Program-made: the position numbers and the translations under genes
The notes under the pieces: generated by a model
Told to the model about the DNA's origin: nothing
Database searches by the model: none
Seen by the model: the letters and a program-made list of their open reading frames with translations, nothing else
Assembly (NCBI GenBank): GCA_965217775.1
Contig: CBDCJH010000002.1
Location: 1,408,001 to 1,472,000 of the forward strand
DNA: 64,000 nt
Source: Acidobacteriota bacterium
GTDB lineage: Bacteria; Acidobacteriota; UBA6911; RPQK01; JAJDTT01
Direction: 5' to 3'
In this document: piece by piece, positions 19,197 to 27,616 of the stretch
How positions within the stretch are numbered: position 1 is the stretch's first letter
Layout: each line of letters opens with the position of its first letter

Positions 19197-20171
19197 ATGT
19201 CCCAGCTCCATCGGCGAGCGTTTTTCAAGTCCATTCCAGTAGCAGCAGCGACGCTGATGCCCACGGTTTCGGCATTGGGCTCCGGACACAAACCGAAACT
19301 GGGAATCGGACTGGGCTGGAGTCTCTACAACAACCGTACACTCCGGACGCCGGACGCGATGCGCATGGCCAGTGAGGTGGGTTACGACGATGTGGAACCG
19401 GCTATTTATCCCGGTTGGCAGGACGATCCCAAGATCCTCACCCGGTCCGCGCGGCGGGAGTTGGCCAGTCTATTCGGCGAGTTGGGATTGGGCCTGAGCG
19501 GCTTGGACGAGGACCTGAGATTGCTGGTGGGTCCGGAGGCCCACCGGGAGAACCTGGAGCGGATCAAACGAGCAGCGCAGCTCTGGCGTGACATCTATCC
19601 GTTCAACGTCAGGACTCCAGCCCGGCGGCACCGCCGTCCCGTTCTGGTCCTGACCTTGGGAGGGAAGACCGCCGAGTGGGATCAGGCAAAGAAAGCCATG
19701 GCGGAGCGGCTCCGGGAATGGGCGGAAGTAGGACGTTCCCATGAGATCCTGTTGGCCATCAAACCGCACGTGGGAAGCGCCCTGCACAGTCCCGAGGGAG
19801 CGCTCTGGTTGATGCAACAGGCCGACAGTCCCTGGGTGCGGGTGACGTACGACTACAGCCACTTCCGGGCCCTGAATTTCGACATGGTGGACTCGATTCG
19901 GCTTCTCGGCTCTCATGCGGTCTTCGCACACGCCAAAGATGCGACGATCACTGAGGATGGAAAGACACGGTTCTTGATGCCGGGTGATGGAGATACCGAT
20001 TACGTGACCTACCTCAAGGAACTTCAGGCCCAGGGTTATCGGGGATCCATCGTCCTTGAGGTCAGTGGTCAGATTCACAGGAAACCGGGTTATGATCCGG
20101 TTGCCGCAGCTACACATTGCTATCAGAAGATGTCCCGGGCTTTTGAGGAGGCCGGGGTTCCCAGGAGCTGA
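19197..20171 (+). CDS. Tat-exported sugar phosphate isomerase/epimerase (xylose-isomerase-like TIM barrel)
   Basis: HRRAFFK twin-Arg signal; KPH, YDYSHF, HAKD, PGDG, VLE motifs. Confidence 0.8.
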   Translation: MSQLHRRAFFKSIPVAAATLMPTVSALGSGHKPKLGIGLGWSLYNNRTLRTPDAMRMASEVGYDDVEPAIYPGWQDDPKILTRSARRELASLFGELGLGLSGLDEDLRLLVGPEAHRENLERIKRAAQLWRDIYPFNVRTPARRHRRPVLVLTLGGKTAEWDQAKKAMAERLREWAEVGRSHEILLAIKPHVGSALHSPEGALWLMQQADSPWVRVTYDYSHFRALNFDMVDSIRLLGSHAVFAHAKDATITEDGKTRFLMPGDGDTDYVTYLKELQAQGYRGSIVLEVSGQIHRKPGYDPVAAATHCYQKMSRAFEEAGVPRS

Positions 20172-20240
20172 ACTCTCCGGATGCTGGCCCAAGGGAGCAA
20201 CACTCGCCTGGAGTTTTCCAAAACGTAAGGAGATCAGGAA

Positions 20241-21560
20241 ATGACCAAGGAATTGAATCGTCGCAGCTTCATGGGAGCCACCGCCGGCGCGGGCGCGGTG
20301 ATGACCGGCCTGTCGGGGTCCCTTCTGGCCAAGCGCCGCAGCCTCAACGACACCCTCCAGGTGGCGGTGCTGGGTCCGGGCGGCCGGGGCATGTTCCTGC
20401 TGAGGAAGTGCCTGGAACACGCCGATGCCTACAACGCACGGATCACCGCGGTGTGCGAAATCTGGAAGCGGAACCAGAAAATCGCCACCAATCACCTCCG
20501 TGAGCACTACGGCAGCGAGCCCAAGCTCTACCACCACATCGACGACCTTCTGGCCGATGACGGGATCGACGCCGTCATCATCGCCACCGCCGACCACCAG
20601 CACGGCAAGATGTTGAAGATGGTCGTGGAAGCGGGCAAGGATGCCTATTGCGAAAAGCCCATGGCCAACGTTCTTTCCGAGGCGAACGACGCCTTGGCTG
20701 CCTGCAAGAAGGCCGGCACCGTGGTTCAGATCGGCACCCAGGGCAGAAGCCATCCCAAGTGCATCGCCGCTCGCCGGATCATGAAGCACAATCTCATCGG
20801 AGATATCGTCCGAGTCACGCTGGTCGAGAACGAGTACAGTCCTCACCGGTGGCGCCGCTCGCCGGAGGCACTGGCCGAGTGCCGGGAAGAAGATCTGAAC
20901 TGGAAGGAGTTTTTGCTGGGTAAGCCGTATCGGCCTTTCGATCCCAGAATCTACCGTTCATTCCGGCTGTTCAAGGACTTCTCAAGCGGAATCTACGACC
21001 AGTGGATGAGCCACGACATCGACACTCTGCACTATCTCACCGGGGAACCTTACCCCATGAGCGCTCGCGCCGAAGGTGGAATCTACCGCTACAAGGACTA
21101 CCGGGAGAATCCGGACACCACGGAGGCCATTTTCGAATACGGGACGGGCGACAAGAAATTCCTGGCCAGCTACGGCTGCTGCCTGATCAACGGCGCCGGA
21201 ACCGGCTATACCTTCCAGGGAACCAAGGGAACCCTCTCGTTCGAGAAGTCGCCGCTCTTCAACGAAGTGCCCTGGCGGGTTTCCGGAGACGGCATTCGCG
21301 GCGATCAGGCCCTGAAGCCAGGCGCCAAGCAGATGCAGGGTGAATACATCGCCGGCGAGCCGGGGGCGATGCCCAATCATCGCTTCCCTCACATGGCCAA
21401 CTGGCTCGACTGCGTCCGGCGGCGCGATGTAGACGGAATTTCCTGTCCGGTCGAAGCGGGTTACGGACATTCCATCGCCTGCATCATGGCTGTGGACTCC
21501 TTGTGGAGCGGTCGAAAGATGATCTTCGACCCCGACAAGCGGACCATCACGCCTGCGTAA
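20241..21560 (+). CDS. Tat-exported Gfo/Idh/MocA oxidoreductase
   Basis: NRRSFM twin-Arg signal; GPGGRG, IATADHQH, YCEKP, QIGTQGRS, HDID motifs. Confidence 0.88.
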   Translation: MTKELNRRSFMGATAGAGAVMTGLSGSLLAKRRSLNDTLQVAVLGPGGRGMFLLRKCLEHADAYNARITAVCEIWKRNQKIATNHLREHYGSEPKLYHHIDDLLADDGIDAVIIATADHQHGKMLKMVVEAGKDAYCEKPMANVLSEANDALAACKKAGTVVQIGTQGRSHPKCIAARRIMKHNLIGDIVRVTLVENEYSPHRWRRSPEALAECREEDLNWKEFLLGKPYRPFDPRIYRSFRLFKDFSSGIYDQWMSHDIDTLHYLTGEPYPMSARAEGGIYRYKDYRENPDTTEAIFEYGTGDKKFLASYGCCLINGAGTGYTFQGTKGTLSFEKSPLFNEVPWRVSGDGIRGDQALKPGAKQMQGEYIAGEPGAMPNHRFPHMANWLDCVRRRDVDGISCPVEAGYGHSIACIMAVDSLWSGRKMIFDPDKRTITPA

Positions 21561-21595
21561 ACGGGTGTCGTGACGAGAGAGTAGGAGGACCGGCC

Positions 21596-22882
21596 ATGGC
21601 ACAAACCGAAATGACCACTGCCGCCGCCGCGAGTATCTCGGGTGCGGATACTGCGTGGCTGCTGGTTTCTTGTGCCCTGGTTCTCCTCATGACCCCGGGG
21701 CTGGCCTTTTTTTACGGCGGCTTGGTCAGGTCCAAGAACATCCTCAACACCATGATGATGAGCTTCGCCTCCCTGGGCGTGACCGCATTGGTCTGGGTCC
21801 TGGCCGCTTACAGTCTGGCCTTCGCTCCGGGAAGCGACGCCATGCAACCCTGGGTGGGCGGCTTGGGACATCTCTTTCTGCAGGGCGTGAACCTGGAAGC
21901 CAACGGCAGCATTCCCCACCTCCTTTTCGCGGCGTATCAGGGAGCCTTTGCCATTATTACGGCGGCGCTTATCTCCGGAGCCGTGGTGGAGCGAATCCGC
22001 TTCGGGCCTTACCTGGTCTTCATCTGTGGCTGGGTACTGCTCGTTTATGCGCCCGTCTGCCACTGGGTCTGGGGTGGAGGATGGCTGGGTGAACTCGGCG
22101 CCCTGGATTTTGCAGGCGGAACAGTGGTCCACGTGACGGCGGGAACGGCAGCAGTCGTGGCCGCCTGGCAGGTGGGACCCCGGAGCGATTTCGGGCGCCA
22201 GGCGATCATTCCCCACAATGTGCCTTTCGTCTTGTTGGGCGCCGGGCTGCTCTGGTTCGGCTGGTTCGGATTCAACGGCGGCAGCGCCCTGGCGGCCGAC
22301 GGTTCCGCGACTCTGGCCTTCGTCAATACCTTGCTGGCCCCGGCGACCGCGTTGACCGTTTGGATGATTCTGGATGCCGTCCGGGACCGGATGGCGACGG
22401 CAGTGGGAGCCGCCACCGGCATCGTCGTCGGACTCGTCGCCGTGACACCCGCGGCGGGTTTCGTGAGCCCCCTGGGAGCCGTGGCCATCGGCGCCATCGC
22501 CACCTTTCCCTGCTACTATGCGATCCTCTTTCGATCCCGGTCCGGTCTGGATGATTCGCTGGACGTGGCGGCGGCCCACGGAATGGGCGGATTGAGCGGC
22601 GCCATCCTGACGGGTGTCTTCGCGCATGCGGTCTGGGGTGGAGCCGATGGTCTGCTGTACGGAAACCCGATGCAGGTCGTCATCCAGGCTGTGGGCGTGC
22701 TCGCCACGATCGTCTATTGCGGCGTCGTCACCTGGGTGCTGCTGAAGGTCATCTCGCTGTTCGGGACCCTGAGGCCGCTTCAGAATGAAGAAAGGACCGG
22801 ACTGGACATTCTGGAGCATGGTGAAGACGCGTATGGCCGGGGCGAAGGCGCGACCATGATTCCCCCTGGTTCTACAGTCTGA
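21596..22882 (+). CDS. amtB: Ammonium transporter
   Basis: LMTPGLAFFYGGLVRSKN, DFAGGTVVH, LLWFGWFGFNGGS, DDSLDVAAAHG; AGGAGG RBS. Confidence 0.95.
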   Translation: MAQTEMTTAAAASISGADTAWLLVSCALVLLMTPGLAFFYGGLVRSKNILNTMMMSFASLGVTALVWVLAAYSLAFAPGSDAMQPWVGGLGHLFLQGVNLEANGSIPHLLFAAYQGAFAIITAALISGAVVERIRFGPYLVFICGWVLLVYAPVCHWVWGGGWLGELGALDFAGGTVVHVTAGTAAVVAAWQVGPRSDFGRQAIIPHNVPFVLLGAGLLWFGWFGFNGGSALAADGSATLAFVNTLLAPATALTVWMILDAVRDRMATAVGAATGIVVGLVAVTPAAGFVSPLGAVAIGAIATFPCYYAILFRSRSGLDDSLDVAAAHGMGGLSGAILTGVFAHAVWGGADGLLYGNPMQVVIQAVGVLATIVYCGVVTWVLLKVISLFGTLRPLQNEERTGLDILEHGEDAYGRGEGATMIPPGSTV

Positions 22883-23034
22883 ACGCCTCACGACTCCGTT
22901 CGCTCCCGTCCGGAAGGTTGAATCCGGTGGAGCGGGCCGTGAGTTTCATCCAGCAGGCCGTCCGCGTTGCCGTCCAAACTGTTGGAGCCGAAATTCATCG
23001 ATTTCCGGCGGTCCCCTTGCCGTAGAATCGATCG

Positions 23035-24027
23035 ATGATCGGACCCTACACCCACCAGATCGATCCGATTCTCTTTGACGTGGCCGGAGTGCACCTCTGG
23101 TGGTACGGGCTCGGCTTCGCTCTCGGGTTCTTGCATCTCCACCTCTCGATCCGGCGGGCCGGGCGAGGCCTGGAGTTGTCCGGCCGGGAGGTCTGGAGCC
23201 TGAGTCTGTTCATCGTCATCGGGGTTCTGGCCGGAGGCCGCACCGTCGAGATCGCTTTCGATGAATGGCCCTTCTACAGCCGGCACCCAGGGCTGATCCC
23301 GGCATTCTGGCTCGGGGGCATGGCCACCCACGGCGTCATGTTGGGTGCCGGACTCGGCCTGGTGCTCTTTGCGCGCCTGTACCGGAAACCTCTCCTGCCG
23401 CTCGCCGACATGCTGGTTATTCCGGCGGCGTTTCTCATGGGCACCGCACGGATCGGGAACTTCATCGACGGCCAGATCGTCGGCACCGTCACCGATGCCT
23501 GGTGGGGGGTGAAGTTCCCCGACGCGGACGGTTTTCGCCATCCGGTCGTGCTCTATGACGGAGCCAAGAATCTGCTGTTGATGGGGTATCTGCTCTGGGT
23601 CAGGCGGTCCAACCAGACCCCCGGCGCCGTGGCGGCGCGCTTCGTCTTCTGGTACGCGCTACCTCGGTTCGTCATCGATATTTTCCGAGACTATCCGACC
23701 CACCGTCTTCCCATCGGGACGGGTCAGACCTTGAACATCCTGATGACCCTGCTGGGGGGGATCCTGCTCTATCGATCTCGTCTGCGGCGGCAGGGACGTC
23801 TCCGGAGTGATCCAACTCCTGCTCCGCAGCCGGTTCGGGCCAAGTCTGCCTTGGTCTCCCAGCGGATCGTCTTCGCCTGTTTGTTGCTGTTCTGCCTGAC
23901 CATCCCCAGCAACTGGACCCAGGATGTGCCTGTCCGTTACGGCCAACGGCACCCGGGGCTGACCCACTCCTGGTTGTATCCCGGAATCGATACCGCTCCA
24001 CCTCCGGAACCGGTGCGGCCGGAGTGA
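23035..24027 (+). CDS. lgt: Prolipoprotein diacylglyceryl transferase family protein (divergent, C-terminally extended)
   Basis: IDPILF, WYG, GGMATHG, RIGNFIDGQ, RHPVVLYD, RFVIDIFR motifs. Confidence 0.78.
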   Translation: MIGPYTHQIDPILFDVAGVHLWWYGLGFALGFLHLHLSIRRAGRGLELSGREVWSLSLFIVIGVLAGGRTVEIAFDEWPFYSRHPGLIPAFWLGGMATHGVMLGAGLGLVLFARLYRKPLLPLADMLVIPAAFLMGTARIGNFIDGQIVGTVTDAWWGVKFPDADGFRHPVVLYDGAKNLLLMGYLLWVRRSNQTPGAVAARFVFWYALPRFVIDIFRDYPTHRLPIGTGQTLNILMTLLGGILLYRSRLRRQGRLRSDPTPAPQPVRAKSALVSQRIVFACLLLFCLTIPSNWTQDVPVRYGQRHPGLTHSWLYPGIDTAPPPEPVRPE

Positions 24028-24077
24028 CGGCGAGTGACCCGTTCAAACTGAGAAAACCGTCCGGATCACTACACTCC

Positions 24078-24243
24078 CTAGGAGTCTGCGCCGTAGGAAT
24101 GATCGTAGCGAGAAAGTGGGGAATCGAGGCCAGATTTTCTCGATTTGGAGGTGCATAGTCGTTCTATTCGCCGAGAAATCGAGGAAATATGGACCGATTC
24201 ACCGCTTTCGCAGTAGATCAATTTCTGCGGCGCAGGCTCCTAG
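24078..24243 (+). repeat. 166-bp palindromic MITE-like element with CTAG ends
   Basis: CTAGGAGTCTGCGCCGTAGGAATGATC ... GATCAATTTCTGCGGCGCAGGCTCCTAG; ~27-bp arms with 3 G-U pairs and one bulge. Confidence 0.85.
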
Positions 24244-24256
24244 TCTGGATCATCCT

Positions 24257-24931
24257 ATGAAGCTGCTGCTCACAACCGCCAGGAATCGGCTTGCCCAGCA
24301 TCTGGCTCAAGCTCTTGCAACACGGCACCGAGTCGTTCTCACCGACACTCTGCCGGTCCGGAACCGGCATCGGTTCGTTTCGTGCGGCTTGAGTCACGAC
24401 GCCGAGATACGTTCGTTGGTCGAGGGAATGGACGCCATCATCTGGTCGGGCTGGACGGATCCCTCCGAGGACGTCTCGGTGCGAGTCGACCGGCAGACGC
24501 GCTGTCTGTACAACCTGCTCCGGGTGGCTGGGGAGGCCGGCGTTCCCCGTGTGGTCCAATTGAGTTCCCTCTCCGTCATGGATCAGTATTCCGCCGATCT
24601 GCGGGTCACCGAGAGATGGTCGCCCTGGCCGGCCACGGAACCGCCGACTCTTACCTATCGCCTGGGAGAGATCCTTTGCCGCGAGTTCGCCCGGGAGGAA
24701 AGACTCCAGGTCGTCTGTCTCAGGCTGGGTTCGATCCTGTGGAGCCCGGAGCATTCCTGCATCGATGGTGTCACCGTCCAAGACGCTGTCGCGGCAGTAG
24801 AACGATCACTCACGGCAGATTTGCCTCCGTATTCAGTGTTCCACATCCAGTCCAACGTACCCGGACAGCGATACGGCACCGAACGGGCGCAACGGCTTCT
24901 GGGATTCGAGTCAGCGTGGAGTAAGGCGTGA
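24257..24931 (+). CDS. NAD-dependent epimerase/dehydrogenase-fold protein with degenerate motifs
   Basis: Aligns by eye with the downstream paralog (GMDAII, YNLL..A...GV.R, E.LCR.F) but lacks GxxGxxG and YxxxK. Confidence 0.7.
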   Translation: MKLLLTTARNRLAQHLAQALATRHRVVLTDTLPVRNRHRFVSCGLSHDAEIRSLVEGMDAIIWSGWTDPSEDVSVRVDRQTRCLYNLLRVAGEAGVPRVVQLSSLSVMDQYSADLRVTERWSPWPATEPPTLTYRLGEILCREFAREERLQVVCLRLGSILWSPEHSCIDGVTVQDAVAAVERSLTADLPPYSVFHIQSNVPGQRYGTERAQRLLGFESAWSKA

Positions 24932-25656
24932 AGGTCCTGATTCTGGGTGCCGCCGGATTCCTGGGTCCCCATGTGGTCCGGGCGTTGGAGGGTCGGCACG
25001 AGCTGAGGCTGACCGACATCAAGGAGTCCGGTGACGGGTGCCACGAATACCGGCACGTCGACGTCTCCGATTTGGAACAGGTGTTGGACGCAGCACAGGG
25101 AATGGACACCATCATCAACCTGTCCGTATTGCGGCATGACCGGCGCCTCGCCTTCGACGTCAACACCCGCGGCGCATACAATGCGTTGGTGGCGGCCTGC
25201 AGGCATGGGATCCAAAGGTTCATCCAGACGGGTCCTTTCTATGCGGTCACGGGACCTGCGACATGTGAACCCTATGACTTCGCCATGCATCCCGACGTCA
25301 CGCCCCGGCCGGGAACCCATCTGTATGCCCTGACCAAGGGACTGGCCGAGGAGATCTGCCGGATCTTCACTCGCAATCACGATCTCTATGTCAGCTCCTT
25401 CCTCTTCTACCACTTCCGGGACACGCGGCCGCGCCCCGACGACGAGCCTACGTTCGTGCCGTTCACCGTAACTTGGAAGGATGCAGCGGCCCTGTTTCCC
25501 CTGGCCTTGGACATTCCGTTGGAGCGATTGCCGTCGCGCTACGAGGCCTACTTCGTCTCCGCCGATTTTCCCCACGGTCAGTTCTCCAATGAAAAGGTCA
25601 AACGAGTCTTTGGCTGGCGGCCGACTTATGGTTTCGAAAGCTTTTGGAAACGGTGA
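24928..25656 (+). CDS. NAD-dependent epimerase/dehydratase (uronate-dehydrogenase-like extended SDR)
   Basis: ILGAAGFLG and YALTK motifs; 4-bp overlap with the upstream gene. Confidence 0.85.
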   Translation: MKVLILGAAGFLGPHVVRALEGRHELRLTDIKESGDGCHEYRHVDVSDLEQVLDAAQGMDTIINLSVLRHDRRLAFDVNTRGAYNALVAACRHGIQRFIQTGPFYAVTGPATCEPYDFAMHPDVTPRPGTHLYALTKGLAEEICRIFTRNHDLYVSSFLFYHFRDTRPRPDDEPTFVPFTVTWKDAAALFPLALDIPLERLPSRYEAYFVSADFPHGQFSNEKVKRVFGWRPTYGFESFWKR

Positions 25657-25738
25657 CGTCCCCGTAGGATGGATGCCGAGAGGGAGCATTGATGAAGCAT
25701 CAAGATAGCCGGGCAGCTTGCGGACGGAGGATGTCTCC

Positions 25739-26524
25739 GTGACAGGCCAATTGGAATCGGGACGACTGGCGGGGAAGCGGGCGCTGGTCACCGGAGCCGC
25801 AGCCGGCCTCGGGGAGGCCATCGCCCGCCGTTTCGCCGGGGAGGGGGCGCGGGTCGTCGTCGTCGATATCCAGGAGCGGGCTTCACACCAGGTCGTCGAA
25901 TCGATTCGCGAACAGGGCGGGGAAGCTCATACGGTGGTGGGTGACGTGGGATCGTCGATCCAGGTGGAGCGCGTCGTATCCGCGGCCCACGCTCTGCTGG
26001 AGGGCATCGACATCCTGGTCAACAACGCGGGAGTCATCCCTTCTCGCGAAACCGTGCTCGACACCCGGGAGGAGGATTGGGACGAGACCCTCCGCGTCAA
26101 TGCCAAGGGCGTCTTCCTCATGAGCCGGGCCATCATTCCGGGAATGATCCGGCAGGGTGGAGGCGCCATCGTCAACATGTCGTCGGTGGCAGGTCTGGTC
26201 GGCCTGCCGATCCGACCGGCGTACGGAGCGTCGAAAGGAGCCGTCTCCATCCTGACCCGGCAAATGGCCGTCGATTTCGGCAAGCACAACATCCGGGTCA
26301 ATGCCATCAATCCCTCCTTCGTGATCACCGACATCAACCGGGAGATGTTTCGCCGTCTCAAGGAGGACACGGCCGCGTGGACGGAAATGATTCAGCAGCA
26401 CCCTCTGGGACGGCTGGGCGAACCGGGAGACGTGGCCGATGCCGCCGTCTACCTGGCCTCGGACGAAGCCCGTTGGGTCACCGGAGTCCTGCTCCCGGTG
26501 GACGGAGGGTTCACCGCGCGCTGA
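25739..26524 (+). CDS. Classical SDR oxidoreductase
   Basis: TGAAAGLG, NNAG, YGASK, IRVNAINP, VDGG motifs; GGAGGA RBS before the GTG. Confidence 0.92.
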   Translation: MTGQLESGRLAGKRALVTGAAAGLGEAIARRFAGEGARVVVVDIQERASHQVVESIREQGGEAHTVVGDVGSSIQVERVVSAAHALLEGIDILVNNAGVIPSRETVLDTREEDWDETLRVNAKGVFLMSRAIIPGMIRQGGGAIVNMSSVAGLVGLPIRPAYGASKGAVSILTRQMAVDFGKHNIRVNAINPSFVITDINREMFRRLKEDTAAWTEMIQQHPLGRLGEPGDVADAAVYLASDEARWVTGVLLPVDGGFTAR

Positions 26525-26561
26525 CGAGGACCATTCAACCACCTTGCCAGGAGAAGTAAAG

Positions 26562-27587
26562 ATGCAAGTCGTCGATGTCGAAACCAGGCTGGAGAGCTAC
26601 CGGCGTTCCTGCCGGAAGGGCGCCGATTGGATGTTGGAACGCTTCAATCCGGACGGATCCCTGGGGAACGTTACGGAGCGCAACTACTACTATCGCGTCC
26701 CTTGGGCATTGGCCCTCATGGGTGAGACCGGGGCGGGTCACCGGTTGCTGGACTGGGTCGATCGCAACCGGATCACGCCGGATGGCGCCTTGGACGAGAG
26801 TGCCACCAGTGCAGGACCACAGCTCCGCTACGGCTCATACCCTCTGGCGTGTCTGATCTACGGCGCCAGCCTCCTGGGCCGACTGGATCTGGTGCGGCGT
26901 TGCACCGGGAGTCTGCTCACCTGGCAGGATCCGGAGACCGGCGGTTTTTTCGCCAACTCGCAAGAGGGCGTCAAAGGGGACCAGGAACTGTTCCCCACGT
27001 CCCAAGCCGCCATGACTCTTTCCCTGGTGGGCCGGATTCCCGAGGCGGTGGAGGCCGGCCGCTGGCTCCGGCGCCTCTGGGAACTGCAACCCGACCCGGC
27101 GCACCGCCTTTACGCCGTCTACAGGCGCTCCCAGGGACTGGTTCGCGACTACGATCCAGCGGAGTCGGCGTTCTACGTGACCCTCAAGGACGAGCCCTGG
27201 CAACACCACTTCAACGGCGGAATCGCCGCCGCAGGTCTGCTCCACATCCATGAGGCCACGGGAGAGGACCGTTGGCTCCGGCTGGCCCGCGAATACGAAC
27301 GATTCTCCATGAGCACGGAGGACATCCAGTTCCGCTCCAAGCAGGTGTGCAAGTCGGGCTGGGGTTCAGGCCTGCTGTACGTCGCGACGCGGGAGAACGG
27401 CTATCGGACCTGGACCATGCGCATGGGAGACTGGTTCGTGGAACACCAGTTCGACGACGGCCACTGGGAGAACACCAAGTTCTGGACCCCCAATCCGACG
27501 CTGGGCGACAAGATCATGATCACGGCCGAATTCGTCATGCATCTGGCCAATATAGTTGCCTACCTCTCGGTCAGCCCCGAGCCGTGA
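26562..27587 (+). CDS. Hypothetical protein, probable (alpha/alpha)-toroid fold
   Basis: Coding-like codon usage and AGGAG RBS. Repeats such as WQDPETGGF, HQFDDGHW, ATGEDRWL resemble the QW repeats of six-hairpin glycosidase/prenyltransferase folds. Confidence 0.6.
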   Translation: MQVVDVETRLESYRRSCRKGADWMLERFNPDGSLGNVTERNYYYRVPWALALMGETGAGHRLLDWVDRNRITPDGALDESATSAGPQLRYGSYPLACLIYGASLLGRLDLVRRCTGSLLTWQDPETGGFFANSQEGVKGDQELFPTSQAAMTLSLVGRIPEAVEAGRWLRRLWELQPDPAHRLYAVYRRSQGLVRDYDPAESAFYVTLKDEPWQHHFNGGIAAAGLLHIHEATGEDRWLRLAREYERFSMSTEDIQFRSKQVCKSGWGSGLLYVATRENGYRTWTMRMGDWFVEHQFDDGHWENTKFWTPNPTLGDKIMITAEFVMHLANIVAYLSVSPEP

Positions 27588-27616
27588 CGGAGATTTCACC
27601 TGATCCTTCGCCGTCG

